DNA of 64,000 nucleotides from an uncultured Gemmatimonadales bacterium (GCA_963707505.1 CAVPQB010000003.1:704001-768000), one strand, 5' to 3'; shown: positions 1-9,041, numbered from the stretch's first letter. Numbers and translations: made by a program. The notes: generated by a model from the letters alone, not told the origin.

Positions 1-2
1 CC

Positions 3-434
3 GTTGCGCCAACGACCGGCAAGATTCTCTCTGGCGGCGTCGAGGCGACTGCGTTGCAGAAGCCCAAGGCGTTCTTCGGAACCGCGCGCAACATCGACGG
101 CGGTGGATCTCTGACCATCATCGCGACCGCGCTCATCGAAACGGGGTCGCGGATGGACGACGTGATCTTCGAGGAATTCAAGGGAACCGGCAACATGGAG
201 CTGGTTCTCGACCGACGCATCGCAGACCGCCGCATCTATCCGGCGATCGACATCTTCAAATCCGGAACACGCAAGGAAGAGCTGCTGCTGGATCAGAGCG
301 AGATCAACCGGACGACCTTGTTGCGCCAGTTTCTGTCGGACATGCCCGAGACCGACGCGATCGACTTTCTGCTGAAGCAGATGGCGCGTACCAAGAACAA
401 CGCAGAATTCTTCCGCAAGATGGCTGAAGGTTGA
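3..434 (+). CDS. rho: Transcription termination factor Rho, C-terminal part (truncated by window start)
   Basis: Open frame from nt 3: [62 protein letters not shown], the Rho ATPase C-terminus. Confidence 0.98.
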   Translation, partial: VAPTTGKILSGGVEATALQKPKAFFGTARNIDGGGSLTIIATALIETGSRMDDVIFEEFKGTGNMELVLDRRIADRRIYPAIDIFKSGTRKEELLLDQSEINRTTLLRQFLSDMPETDAIDFLLKQMARTKNNAEFFRKMAEG

Positions 435-465
435 CGCTTCGACACCTCCGACGACCCGCGGCCGA

Positions 466-873
466 TTGATGGCGGTCGACTACGGCGACAGACGCGTCGG
501 ACTGGCGATCAGCGATCCGACCGGCACGATCGCATCTCCAGCCGGTTTCATCGAGCGTCGTGCGGGAAAGCGACCGCCAGTCGCAGAAATGATTCGTCGC
601 GCCGAAGCGCTCGAGGCGAGCGGCTTCGTGTTGGGACTTCCGCTTGACGGCGCGGGCGAGGAAACGCCGCGCTGTGCGGAGGTGCGGGTGGTAGGCGCAG
701 CGCTCCAGGAACGCACCGGACTCCGAGTGCGATACGTGGATGAGCGCTACACCACCGCCGCCGCGCTGCGCAGCGTGCGCGACATGGGTGGGTCCGTAAA
801 GGGTCGCAAGGGCGACGTGGACGCAATGGCTGCCGCGCTGCTGCTGCAGCACGCGCTCAACCTTCCCGAATAA
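466..873 (+). CDS. ruvX: YqgF/RuvX family pre-16S rRNA nuclease (Holliday junction resolvase-like)
   Basis: AVDYGDRRVGLAISD, VLGLP, DERYTT, VDAMAA motifs; lies upstream of mltG. Confidence 0.93.
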   Translation: MMAVDYGDRRVGLAISDPTGTIASPAGFIERRAGKRPPVAEMIRRAEALEASGFVLGLPLDGAGEETPRCAEVRVVGAALQERTGLRVRYVDERYTTAAALRSVRDMGGSVKGRKGDVDAMAAALLLQHALNLPE

Positions 874-876
874 CAG

Positions 877-1893
877 ATGCAAGCGATCCGGCTCGGGCCG
901 TTTCTCAGATCCACGGCCGTTGTGACAGCGCTCCTGTTGGGAGCGTGCGAAGGTCCGCACGGCAACCCTGTGCGCGTCATAGTCCCGCGCGGTGCGTCAT
1001 TCCGTACGGCGGCGGATTCGATGGCGGCGGCTGGAGTCATAACGTCGCCGCTAGCGTTCCGTGTATACGCGCGGTTGAAGGGACGGGACCGCCAGATTCA
1101 GGCCGGCACCTACCTGCTTCGCCGCGGCACACGCTGGAGCGATCTGGTTGGCGAGATGAATGGCGGAGTGGGCATCCTCAACCGCGTGACGATACCCGAA
1201 GGCTTCACGATCAGTCAGATCACTCCGGTACTGGTCCGCGCACTGAACACGACCAGCGACTCGGTCGACGCAGCAGTGCGTGATTCGACGCTGCGCACGC
1301 GGCTCGCCGACCCGGCGGAAACGCTGGAAGGCTATCTGTTCCCGGACACTTACGTCTTCGCACCCGGCACGACCGCACGCGAGGCGGTCACGGAGATGGT
1401 GAGGCGCTTCGAGCGAGAATGGAAGCCCGGGTACGACGCTCAGGCCGCTGCATTGGGTCGCAGCCGGCACGAGATCGTAACGATGGCATCGATAGTCGAG
1501 AAGGAGGCGCGCCTTCCGGAGGAGCGGCCGGTGATCGCGGCGGTTTACTACAATCGCCTCAAATACAACATGCCTTTACAGGCCGATCCGACGGTACAGT
1601 ACGCACTTGGCAGGCACACGGAGCGTGTTCTGTATCGCGATCTGACCATCGACTCGCCGTACAACACGTATCTGCATCCAGGATTGCCGCCCGGACCCAT
1701 CGCGTCACCGGGCGGCGCAAGCCTGCGCGCGGCGCTCGCTCCGGCAAAGGTGCCATTTCTCTATTTCGTCGCGGCGCCGGACGGACATCACGAATTTCGC
1801 GAAACGATGGCAGGTCACGAAGAGGCGAAGCGTGCGGTGCGAGCGGAGCGTAACGTGGACAGCGCGCCGAAGAAAAAGCGCAACGCGCGGTAG
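877..1893 (+). CDS. mltG: Endolytic transglycosylase MltG (YceG family)
   Basis: VTIPEG, LEGYLFPDTY, ASIVEKE, LQADPTVQY, SPYNTY..GLPPGPI motifs. Confidence 0.96.
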   Translation: MQAIRLGPFLRSTAVVTALLLGACEGPHGNPVRVIVPRGASFRTAADSMAAAGVITSPLAFRVYARLKGRDRQIQAGTYLLRRGTRWSDLVGEMNGGVGILNRVTIPEGFTISQITPVLVRALNTTSDSVDAAVRDSTLRTRLADPAETLEGYLFPDTYVFAPGTTAREAVTEMVRRFEREWKPGYDAQAAALGRSRHEIVTMASIVEKEARLPEERPVIAAVYYNRLKYNMPLQADPTVQYALGRHTERVLYRDLTIDSPYNTYLHPGLPPGPIASPGGASLRAALAPAKVPFLYFVAAPDGHHEFRETMAGHEEAKRAVRAERNVDSAPKKKRNAR

Positions 1894-1934
1894 TAGCGCA
1901 CATCGTCGCCATTCCATGAATGGCGGCTACAGAT

Positions 1935-1964
1935 TCGTCATTCCTGCAAAAGCGGGGATGACGA
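1935..1964. repeat. REP-like palindrome, copy 1 (TCGTCATTCCTGC-AAAA-GCGGGGATGACGA)
   Basis: Near-identical to 9009-9038 and related to 27433-27460; between convergent genes. Confidence 0.75.
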
Positions 1965-1995
1965 GCTGCCGGTTACCGCCTTCGCGGGACTCCGC

Positions 1996-2850
1996 CTAGC
2001 CCTTACCTGCGGGGTGGCGTTGCCGCGGCGCGGTGTCTCGCCACCGGAAGCTGACGTCGGGTGCATCGACGCGGTCGCCATGCTGCGTTCGCTTGCGTCG
2101 CTCCGGCGCGCGCTCGACAGCAGATGCTGCGCGCATTTGAGCGCGCACGCTCGCGATTACGGGCGGTGCGAGAAACAGATCGACCAGATCCGGATCGAAT
2201 TGCGTGGCGCGCCCGGCGGCAATCACTCCCATCGCGACGGCCACGCTCCTGCCGGCCCGGTAGCGTCGTGAGTGTGTGATCGCGTCGAACGTATCAGCGA
2301 TTGCGACCACTCGCGATGATAGCGGAATCGCACTCTTCTTGAGACCGCGCGGATAGCCGGATCCATCCCAGCGCTCGTGATGCGCCACGACGCCCTTGGG
2401 CAGATCGGGGTAGAATGCCGCGAGCGGCTCGAGGACCTTCGCGCCGCGCTCGGGATGAGTGCGAATCTCTTTGCGCTCCTGCCGATCGAGCTTGCTGTGA
2501 TCGTGAATCACGTCGAAAAGAGCTTCGTGAATCTTTCCAATGTCGTGGAACAGGGCCACGCGCTCGACGACACTCGCCTCGTGCTCATCACAGCCCATCG
2601 CATCCACAAGAACGAGTGAATATCGCGCGACGCGGCGTACGTGCGCTCCGGTAACGGGGTCATTGGCGTCGATTGCGTTCAGCAGCGTTTCGAGCGCCGC
2701 GGCACCGAGCCGCTCGAATTTCGCGAGCGTGCTGTGCCGCCTGTGCAACGCCATGGCGGTGGCTGGAACGGCAACACCGAGTAACGCGGTAACCTGCCGC
2801 GTGGGATTTAATGGTCGCTTCATCGATACGGCTGCTGACGCAAGAATCAT
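1996..2850 (-). CDS. HD-GYP domain phosphodiesterase (c-di-GMP-type)
   Basis: HDIGK, HP..G, HHERWDGSGYP, IADTFDAIT..R.YR, QFDP motifs; start uncertain. Confidence 0.9.
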   Translation of the reverse strand: MILASAAVSMKRPLNPTRQVTALLGVAVPATAMALHRRHSTLAKFERLGAAALETLLNAIDANDPVTGAHVRRVARYSLVLVDAMGCDEHEASVVERVALFHDIGKIHEALFDVIHDHSKLDRQERKEIRTHPERGAKVLEPLAAFYPDLPKGVVAHHERWDGSGYPRGLKKSAIPLSSRVVAIADTFDAITHSRRYRAGRSVAVAMGVIAAGRATQFDPDLVDLFLAPPVIASVRAQMRAASAVERAPERRKRTQHGDRVDAPDVSFRWRDTAPRQRHPAGKG

Positions 2851-2862
2851 GTACTTTCCGGC

Positions 2863-4044
2863 ATGCCGTCAACTCAACGCCGCCCTGCAGCGACCGTTTC
2901 AGCACGTGGCGCTCGACGGTGGGACTCCGGTCACCCGTGGATTTTCAGGAGCGACGTCGTCTCGCCACCAGATTCCGGCGCTGGCATCGTCGAGGTACAG
3001 GACCAGCGCGCCAGACCGCTTGGCGTGGCACTATGGAGCCCTCGCTCCGAAATATCGCTCAGACTGCTGGACCGTGAAGCAAGCGCCACGATTGACCGGT
3101 CATGGTGGAAGGCGCGGATAGCTGCCGCGAATGCACGCCGCGCGACTTTGGGGGGACGCACCAATGCCTGGCGCGTCGTGCACGGCGAGGGGGACGGCCT
3201 GCCATCGCTCGTTGTGGACAGGTACGGCGATCACATCGTGACGCAGCTGTCCAGCGCAGGCATCGAAGCGTGCAGCGCCGAGATCGCAGCCGCTCTGATC
3301 GAGCTTTTCAAACCGTCAGGCATTCTCGCACGGAACGACGCAGGCTCACGGGAGCGCGAGGGATTGCCGCGCGAAACGGTGCTGCTTCATGGCGACGTCC
3401 CGCAGGAAATCGAGATAGACGAATACGGTGTGAAGTATCTGGCGGCGCCATGGACCGGGCAGAAGACCGGCGCGTTTCTCGACCAGCGCGAAAACAGACA
3501 CCTGATCGGCCAGCTGGCGCGAGGTAGCGCTCTCGACTGCTTCAGCTATCACGGCTCGTTCGCGCTGCATCTGGCACGCAATGCCGACAGAGTTACCGCA
3601 CTGGACGCATCTGCTCCTGCGCTGGAACGGGCCGCGGAGAACGCTCGGCGGAACGAACTGAGCAATGTCGATTTCGTCGTCGCGGACGCGTTCGAGTTTC
3701 TCCGTGACAGGGAGCGCGACGGAACGCGCTATGACACGATTGTCCTGGACCCGCCTGCCTTCGCGAAAAACAAACCCTCGCTGCCTGGCGCGATACGTGG
3801 TTACAAGGACATCAACATGAGGGCGATGCGACTGTTGAAGCCTGGGGGCCTGCTATTCACCGCAAGTTGCAGCTTCCATCTCACCAGGCCGCTATTCCTC
3901 GACATGCTTCGCGCCGCTGCTGCCGACAGCGGACGTCGCATGATCCTGCGTGAGTTGACCGGACAACCGATCGATCATCCGGAGCTGTTGACCGTTCCGG
4001 AAACCGGCTATTTGAAGGGAGCGCTGCTCGAAGCGGAAAGTTGA
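2863..4044 (+). CDS. rlmI: Class I SAM-dependent rRNA m5C methyltransferase (RlmI/YccW family)
   Basis: GHPWIF PUA-like start, GEGDGLPSLVVDRY, GQKTGAFLDQR, LDPPAF, SCS, PETGYLK. Confidence 0.85.
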   Translation: MPSTQRRPAATVSARGARRWDSGHPWIFRSDVVSPPDSGAGIVEVQDQRARPLGVALWSPRSEISLRLLDREASATIDRSWWKARIAAANARRATLGGRTNAWRVVHGEGDGLPSLVVDRYGDHIVTQLSSAGIEACSAEIAAALIELFKPSGILARNDAGSREREGLPRETVLLHGDVPQEIEIDEYGVKYLAAPWTGQKTGAFLDQRENRHLIGQLARGSALDCFSYHGSFALHLARNADRVTALDASAPALERAAENARRNELSNVDFVVADAFEFLRDRERDGTRYDTIVLDPPAFAKNKPSLPGAIRGYKDINMRAMRLLKPGGLLFTASCSFHLTRPLFLDMLRAAAADSGRRMILRELTGQPIDHPELLTVPETGYLKGALLEAES

Positions 4045-4174
4045 AGTCGAGAGGCGAAGCGAGACGTTGATGCAGACCGGCGTGTCCAGGGGCGTACCGA
4101 GCCGGCCTGCGTACGGTTTCGGCATTCGCGCGGCCCCTTGCGCGCCGATCTCCTGACTCTAGCTTCAAGTGCGC

Positions 4175-4942
4175 ATGTCCAATCGGCCGCAGAGATCGAT
4201 CCGCTACGAATACCAGCTCTACGTCGAGAATGAAATCGAGACGTACAAGGAGTCGTTACCTCGTCGCGCACTCCTCAAGCTCGGGGACGAAGCCGTGGGC
4301 GCGTTGCGCGACGAGCAGCAGCTCGCACTGACCGAGCTGGTCGTATGGGAAGAAGTGGACCGGATCATCTTCAAGCGCCTGCGCCTCGTCAGCTACGAGA
4401 CATGGCGACGGAAGCGACTCAAGGATCAGCGCGAGCGCCAGCGTCCCGAGCACTGGGGATTCGCTCCGGACTGCGCGCTCGCGCGCGAAGTGCGGCCACC
4501 CGCGGATTCGAACGTGCTCGTGAGCGGCGACGACAACGAGCGAGTCGCCTGCTATCTCGCCGCGCACGGCTATGAAGTATTCGCGGTCGGCAACGAGCGC
4601 GGCGTTGTTCAGCGGATCGTCAACGCTGCAGAGGAAGCCGGCCTCATAGATCGAGTGCACGGCTACATCGCCGATCTGCGCGAGTGGTCGCGCGAAGTCG
4701 AGCTGAGCGCCGTTGTGTGTTCACAGAGCGCCTTCAGCGGTCTGTCCAGCGAAGAGCGGCGCGAGGCGATCCGCCTACTCCAGGAAGTGACGCGCGACGG
4801 CGGCGTGCATCTGGTCAGCGCCATGGATCACGACGAATCGACGATGCACGAACTCTCCGCGCAGTATCGCGGCTGGCAGATATCAGTCGAGCTGCACGGA
4901 AGCGTGCCGGCAAGTTTCGTGGCCAGAAAGGGCGCCGCATAA
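4175..4942 (+). CDS. Hypothetical protein: helical N-domain plus degenerate SAM-methyltransferase-like C-domain
   Basis: Long ORF with coding-like composition; YLAAHGYEVFAV..ADL..LQEVTRDGGVHLV resembles a TehB-like Rossmann fold. Confidence 0.7.
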   Translation: MSNRPQRSIRYEYQLYVENEIETYKESLPRRALLKLGDEAVGALRDEQQLALTELVVWEEVDRIIFKRLRLVSYETWRRKRLKDQRERQRPEHWGFAPDCALAREVRPPADSNVLVSGDDNERVACYLAAHGYEVFAVGNERGVVQRIVNAAEEAGLIDRVHGYIADLREWSREVELSAVVCSQSAFSGLSSEERREAIRLLQEVTRDGGVHLVSAMDHDESTMHELSAQYRGWQISVELHGSVPASFVARKGAA

Positions 4943-4968
4943 TCGCGTTGCATCATCCCGTATGATGA

Positions 4969-5001
4969 CAAACGCCCGTGTCAATTTGACACGGGCGTTT
5001 G
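4969..5001. terminator. Probable intrinsic terminator (perfect 16-bp inverted repeat)
   Basis: CAAACGCCCGTGTCAA-T-TTGACACGGGCGTTTG, 27 nt after the stop at 4942. Confidence 0.75.
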
Positions 5002-5168
5002 CATTTCTGTGTGTCCATTCGTATCCCCGCGCACGCTCACGATCAGGCGCGCACTTTCGTAAATCGTTCGTAAATCGTTGCGCCCGCGTCACTTGCCGCG
5101 TTCGGCAAGAGGCAGGTTAGCGTGGCCCCCGCTGTGCTTTACAGAAGCGCATGAAGGAGGCACCCAAC

Positions 5169-5318
5169 ATGACCAAGAACGTAGATACGAAGCGCTCGGA
5201 CGAGCCGCTCGGCATCATCATATCGCGTGGCTCGCGTGACGAGCCCACGCCAATCTTCTCAACCTATGTGTGGGGTCCAGCACCCGATCCAGCAGACGGC
5301 GCGTCGAAAGCCGCCTAG
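5169..5318 (+). CDS. Small hypothetical protein, 49 aa (absent from ORF track)
   Basis: AAGGAGG at 5154-5160, 8 nt before ATG; MTKNVDTKRSDEPLGIIISRGSRDEPTPIFSTYVWGPAPDPADGASKAA; followed by a terminator. Confidence 0.7.
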   Translation: MTKNVDTKRSDEPLGIIISRGSRDEPTPIFSTYVWGPAPDPADGASKAA

Positions 5319-5342
5319 ACAACTGACGCACTGAATACAGGC

Positions 5343-5378
5343 AACAAAAAAGCCGGCTCATCGCCGGCCTTTTTGTTT
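5343..5378. terminator. Bidirectional intrinsic terminator
   Basis: AAAAAA-GCCGGC-TCATC-GCCGGC-CTTTTTGTTT between convergent ORFs. Confidence 0.85.
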
Positions 5379-5389
5379 GGTGCAACTGC

Positions 5390-5731
5390 TTACATCGTGA
5401 CTGCTGCGCCCGCGGCGCCGGCACCACTGGCCTTGCGACGAGAGCTGGACTTACGGCGAGAGCTCTTGCGCGCGGTCTTCTTGCGCGCAGCGCCCTTACG
5501 GGCGGTCTTCTTACGGCCGGAGCTCTTCCGAGCCGCGCTCTTGCGGGTGGTCTTCTTGCGAGTGCTCTTCTTGCGCGCGCCGCCCTTACGGGTGGTCTTG
5601 CGTGCGCCGCCCTTGCGGGTGGTCTTCTTACGAGCGCCGCCCTTGCGGGCTCCCTTGCGCGCGCCGCCCTTGCGAGCTGTTTTCTTGCGAGCACCTGCTT
5701 TCTTACGACCACCCTTCTTCGCTGCTGCCAT
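5390..5731 (-). CDS. Histone H1-like (Hc2/BpH1-type) Lys/Arg/Ala/Gly-rich basic protein
   Basis: 113 aa of GGARK/KKTARK repeats, no acidic residues; SD AGGAGA upstream; terminator downstream. Confidence 0.85.
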   Translation of the reverse strand: MAAAKKGGRKKAGARKKTARKGGARKGARKGGARKKTTRKGGARKTTRKGGARKKSTRKKTTRKSAARKSSGRKKTARKGAARKKTARKSSRRKSSSRRKASGAGAAGAAVTM

Positions 5732-5965
5732 GATTGCATCTCCTATCGGAGTTCACCTTCCCGGCGTTCCCCCGGTGGGCCGCCTGGGCACAGCACGCGG
5801 ACTGATACTGCTCGCCCGCGCCGTTACGAATTCAGCGCATTTCGCGCAATACGAATTCGTAACTACAAGAGAATATACGGATCGCGTATTTGCAAGGCAA
5901 TACTTTAGTTACAGATTTCGTCATCACCACCAAAGCACCACTCACCATGTTTCGGAGTTGAACGC

Positions 5966-6994
5966 GTGAAAGCGCTTGTCAAAGCTGTCGCAGGTCCGGG
6001 TTTCACCATGCGCGATGTCCCCATCCCGGAGATACGCGACGACGAAGTGCTGATCAAAGTTCGGCGTGCTGGTGTGTGCGGCACGGACGTGCATATCTAC
6101 GATTGGGACGATTGGGCCAAGGGCCGCTGTCATCCGCCATTCACCGTCGGACATGAATTTTCCGGCGACGTTGTTAGTGTCGGCAAGTTGGTCACAGACG
6201 TTCACGAGGGCGATCGGGTAACCGCCGAGGGACACATCGTCGACGGTCGCTGCCTGCTCTGCCGCACTGGTAATTCACACGTCTGTCCCTACACGAAAAT
6301 CATCGGCGTCGACCGGGACGGGTGCTTCGCCGAATACATCGCGATGCCTTCGACGAACGTCTGGCACCTGGATGATTCCACCCCGTACGAGATCGGCGGA
6401 ATCATGGATCCCATGGGGAACGCGTTCCATACGGCGCTCACGGCCGACATCCCCGGATCAGTCGTGCTCATCACCGGATGCGGTCCGATCGGCATCTTCG
6501 CCGTCGGCATTTGCAAGGCTGCGGGCGCATCGCGGATCATCGCGTCGGACGTGAACGAGACTCGCCTGGCTCTCGCAAAACAGATGGGCGCGCACGATGT
6601 GGTTCATCCCGCCGAAGCTGAAGCCGCGGTCAAGGCTGCGACCGACGGACTCGGCGCCGATGTCGTTCTCGAGATGTCCGGAGTGGCATCCGCGATCCAT
6701 CAAGCCTTCGGACTCGTGCGCGTTGGCGGCAGAGTTCAGATGCTCGGCATCCCCTCCAAGCCGATCGATGTGAACTTTGCGAACGAGGTGATCTTCAAGG
6801 GAATCACCATCTACGGAGTCGTGGGACGGAAGATGTACGACACCTGGATCCAGATGACGCGCTTCCTCCGCTCCGGCGAGTTCGATCCGACGCCGGTCAT
6901 CACCCACAGATTCCCGCTCGCCGATTTCGATGCCGCGATCGCCGCCATCAAATCGGGCCATGCCGGCAAGGTTGTTTTTGAGATCGCGGATTGA
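5966..6994 (+). CDS. tdh: L-threonine 3-dehydrogenase
   Basis: Zn-dependent MDR motifs CGTDVHIY.WD.W, GHEF, AEGH, DPMGNA, GCGPIG, GRKMYDTW; adjacent to kbl. Confidence 0.95.
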   Translation: MKALVKAVAGPGFTMRDVPIPEIRDDEVLIKVRRAGVCGTDVHIYDWDDWAKGRCHPPFTVGHEFSGDVVSVGKLVTDVHEGDRVTAEGHIVDGRCLLCRTGNSHVCPYTKIIGVDRDGCFAEYIAMPSTNVWHLDDSTPYEIGGIMDPMGNAFHTALTADIPGSVVLITGCGPIGIFAVGICKAAGASRIIASDVNETRLALAKQMGAHDVVHPAEAEAAVKAATDGLGADVVLEMSGVASAIHQAFGLVRVGGRVQMLGIPSKPIDVNFANEVIFKGITIYGVVGRKMYDTWIQMTRFLRSGEFDPTPVITHRFPLADFDAAIAAIKSGHAGKVVFEIAD

Positions 6995-7004
6995 AATCCA
7001 ATCG

Positions 7005-7105
7005 TCGTCGCCCCCATGGCAGGGGCGACGCATGCGTCGCCCCTGTACATGCGTCGCCCCGATCTGTGTCGTCCAAATCCGCAGCGCCCCGAATCTGCGT
7101 CGCCC
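7005..7105. repeat. REP-like palindrome cluster (perfect 26-bp CAGGGGCGACGCATGCGTCGCCCCTG at 7020-7045 plus half-copies)
   Basis: Perfect palindrome; CGTCGCCC half-sites recur near 7006, 7052 and 7098. Confidence 0.75.
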
Positions 7106-7129
7106 GCTCCTCCCATCACGTGATATAAA

Positions 7130-8335
7130 ATGATCAACAAGAATTTTGTCTCGTCCCTCGAAGCGTCCATCCAGCAGCTCAAGGATGAGAAGGTTTACAA
7201 GCAGCTCAATTACCTGGAATCGCCGCAGTCGGCACATGTGAAGATGGAAGGCCGCGGCGATGTTCTCATCCTCTCCTCCAACAATTACCTCGGCTTCTGC
7301 GACGAGCCCGCTGTCGTCGATGCGGGCATCAAGGGACTTCAGACATTCGGTGCCGGAACGGGCAGCGTCCGTTTCATCTGCGGCACATTCACGGTCCATC
7401 GCGAGCTCGAAAGTGCGCTCGCCAAACTGGTCGGAACCGAGGCGGCGCTCTCGTACGTCTCCGCCTGGAATGCCAATGAGGGACTGACTGCGTCGATCGC
7501 GCAGGAAGGCGACTTCGTGATCTCGGACGCTCTGAACCACGCGTCGATCATCGACTCGATGCGGCTCGCCAAGTCGATCACAAAGTGTACTACCGGCGTC
7601 TACGCCCACTCCGACATGGACGACCTGCGCACCAAGCTTCGCGGCGCAAAATCCGCCCGCCGGCGCATCATCTGGACCGACGGAGTCTTCTCGATGGAAG
7701 GCAGCATCGCGAAGCTGCCCGAGATCCTCGACATCGCACGCGAGCACGATGCGATCGTCGTCATGGATGATTCGCACGCCACCGGCGTACTCGGTAAAAC
7801 CGGGCGAGGCACCGCCGAGCATTTCGGCGTGCTCGGCGAAGTGGACATCATTACCTCGACACTGGGAAAGGCGTTGGGCGGCGCCGCTGGCGGCTTCGTT
7901 GCAGGCGCTACGGCGCTGTGCGACACGTTGACCCAACGCTCGCGTCCACAGCTGTTCTCCAACGCGTTACCGCCTACAGTGGCCGCCAGCGCGCTCGCGT
8001 CGGTGAACTTCCTTACCAGTCATCCTGACCGAGTGCAGCGACTTCGGGATAACGCCAGCTACTTTCGCGGAGCGATTCAGGAAGCCGGGTTCAAACCCCT
8101 CGCGGGCGAGACGCCAATTGTGCCGATAATCGTTGGAGAGACGTCCGCGGCCATACGCATGAGTGACATGTTGCTGGCCCAAGGCGTCTTTGTCACAGGT
8201 TTCGGCTTTCCCGTCGTGCCGCAGGGCGAGGCGCGGGTGCGCTGTCAGATAAGCGCCTCGCACTCCCGGGACGATCTGGATCGCGCCGTCGCTGCCATCA
8301 CGTCAGTCGGGAGGCAGCTGCGGATCATCTCATAA
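7130..8335 (+). CDS. kbl: Glycine C-acetyltransferase (2-amino-3-ketobutyrate CoA ligase)
   Basis: SNNYLG, SVRFICGT, DALNHASIID, DGVFSMEG, DDSHATG, TLGKALGGAAGG; next to tdh. Confidence 0.95.
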   Translation: MINKNFVSSLEASIQQLKDEKVYKQLNYLESPQSAHVKMEGRGDVLILSSNNYLGFCDEPAVVDAGIKGLQTFGAGTGSVRFICGTFTVHRELESALAKLVGTEAALSYVSAWNANEGLTASIAQEGDFVISDALNHASIIDSMRLAKSITKCTTGVYAHSDMDDLRTKLRGAKSARRRIIWTDGVFSMEGSIAKLPEILDIAREHDAIVVMDDSHATGVLGKTGRGTAEHFGVLGEVDIITSTLGKALGGAAGGFVAGATALCDTLTQRSRPQLFSNALPPTVAASALASVNFLTSHPDRVQRLRDNASYFRGAIQEAGFKPLAGETPIVPIIVGETSAAIRMSDMLLAQGVFVTGFGFPVVPQGEARVRCQISASHSRDDLDRAVAAITSVGRQLRIIS

Positions 8336-8348
8336 TGTAGGAGTCTTC

Positions 8349-9002
8349 ATGGGCCGCACCCGCCGTCGTTTGCTCGCCGCTGTTCCTTTACTTCTCTGCC
8401 TCGCGGCCACGACGGCTCATGCGCAGCAGGAGCAGCTATTCCGGAACTCATGGTTCTGGGGTCTGCACGCCGGAAGCACGGCGATCGGAACTCCCGCCCG
8501 CTCCACCACTCAGGCCGGCACACTTGGCGCTGAGTGGATGATAACGCGGACCGACGGCGGACTGTATGTATCGTACGACCAGGCGAGTTTTTCCCGCACG
8601 GTCGGTGTCGCCGATCCGAGTGCGTCCAATGGAGCACGGCCGGTCGCACTTCACGATCTCCGAACGATATCGATCGGCGGCGTCGCGTTCCCGTGGCACT
8701 CCGGGCATTTCCGTCCGTACGCCGGACTCGGTTACGCGCTCAGCCTGATCGGCAGCGCCGACATTCAGCCCGACTCGCTCAACACTCCGGTTCCATCGGG
8801 ATTGGCATCGACCGTCGACGACGCTCGCAGCCGCAGCTCGGTCTTCGCGCTCGCTGGCGCACAGTGGCAGATAAACCGCGCGGCGATCTTTGCTCAGGCG
8901 TCATTCATACCGTCCAGCAGCCAGTTCCTCGTGACCAAGCCAATCACGAGCATCACGGCCGGTGTCCGCTACAACTTTGGAACGTCGATAGAAGGTCAGT
9001 AA
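8349..9002 (+). CDS. Exported small outer-membrane beta-barrel protein
   Basis: Sec signal peptide ending AHA-Q; amphipathic strands, FRPYAGLG, near-terminal GVRYNF. Confidence 0.75.
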   Translation: MGRTRRRLLAAVPLLLCLAATTAHAQQEQLFRNSWFWGLHAGSTAIGTPARSTTQAGTLGAEWMITRTDGGLYVSYDQASFSRTVGVADPSASNGARPVALHDLRTISIGGVAFPWHSGHFRPYAGLGYALSLIGSADIQPDSLNTPVPSGLASTVDDARSRSSVFALAGAQWQINRAAIFAQASFIPSSSQFLVTKPITSITAGVRYNFGTSIEGQ

Positions 9003-9008
9003 CATGGG

Positions 9009-9038
9009 TCGTCATTCCCGCGAAAGCGGGGATGACGA
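9009..9038. repeat. REP-like palindrome, copy 2 (TCGTCATTCCCGC-GAAA-GCGGGGATGACGA)
   Basis: Matches 1935-1964 at 28 of 30 positions; between convergent genes. Confidence 0.75.
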
Positions 9039-9041
9039 GAA

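Noticed and set aside
5400..5720. Short tandem repeats as a possible CRISPR array
   Set aside because: Imperfect codon-level repeats inside a coding frame; no constant repeat with unique spacers and no cas genes
5373..5969. 198-aa plus-strand ORF of LRAPP/VFLR repeats
   Set aside because: Antisense shadow of the repetitive H1-like gene, which has the SD and terminator
6458..7936. 492-aa minus-strand ORF across tdh/kbl
   Set aside because: Antisense shadow typical of high-GC coding DNA; no recognisable motifs
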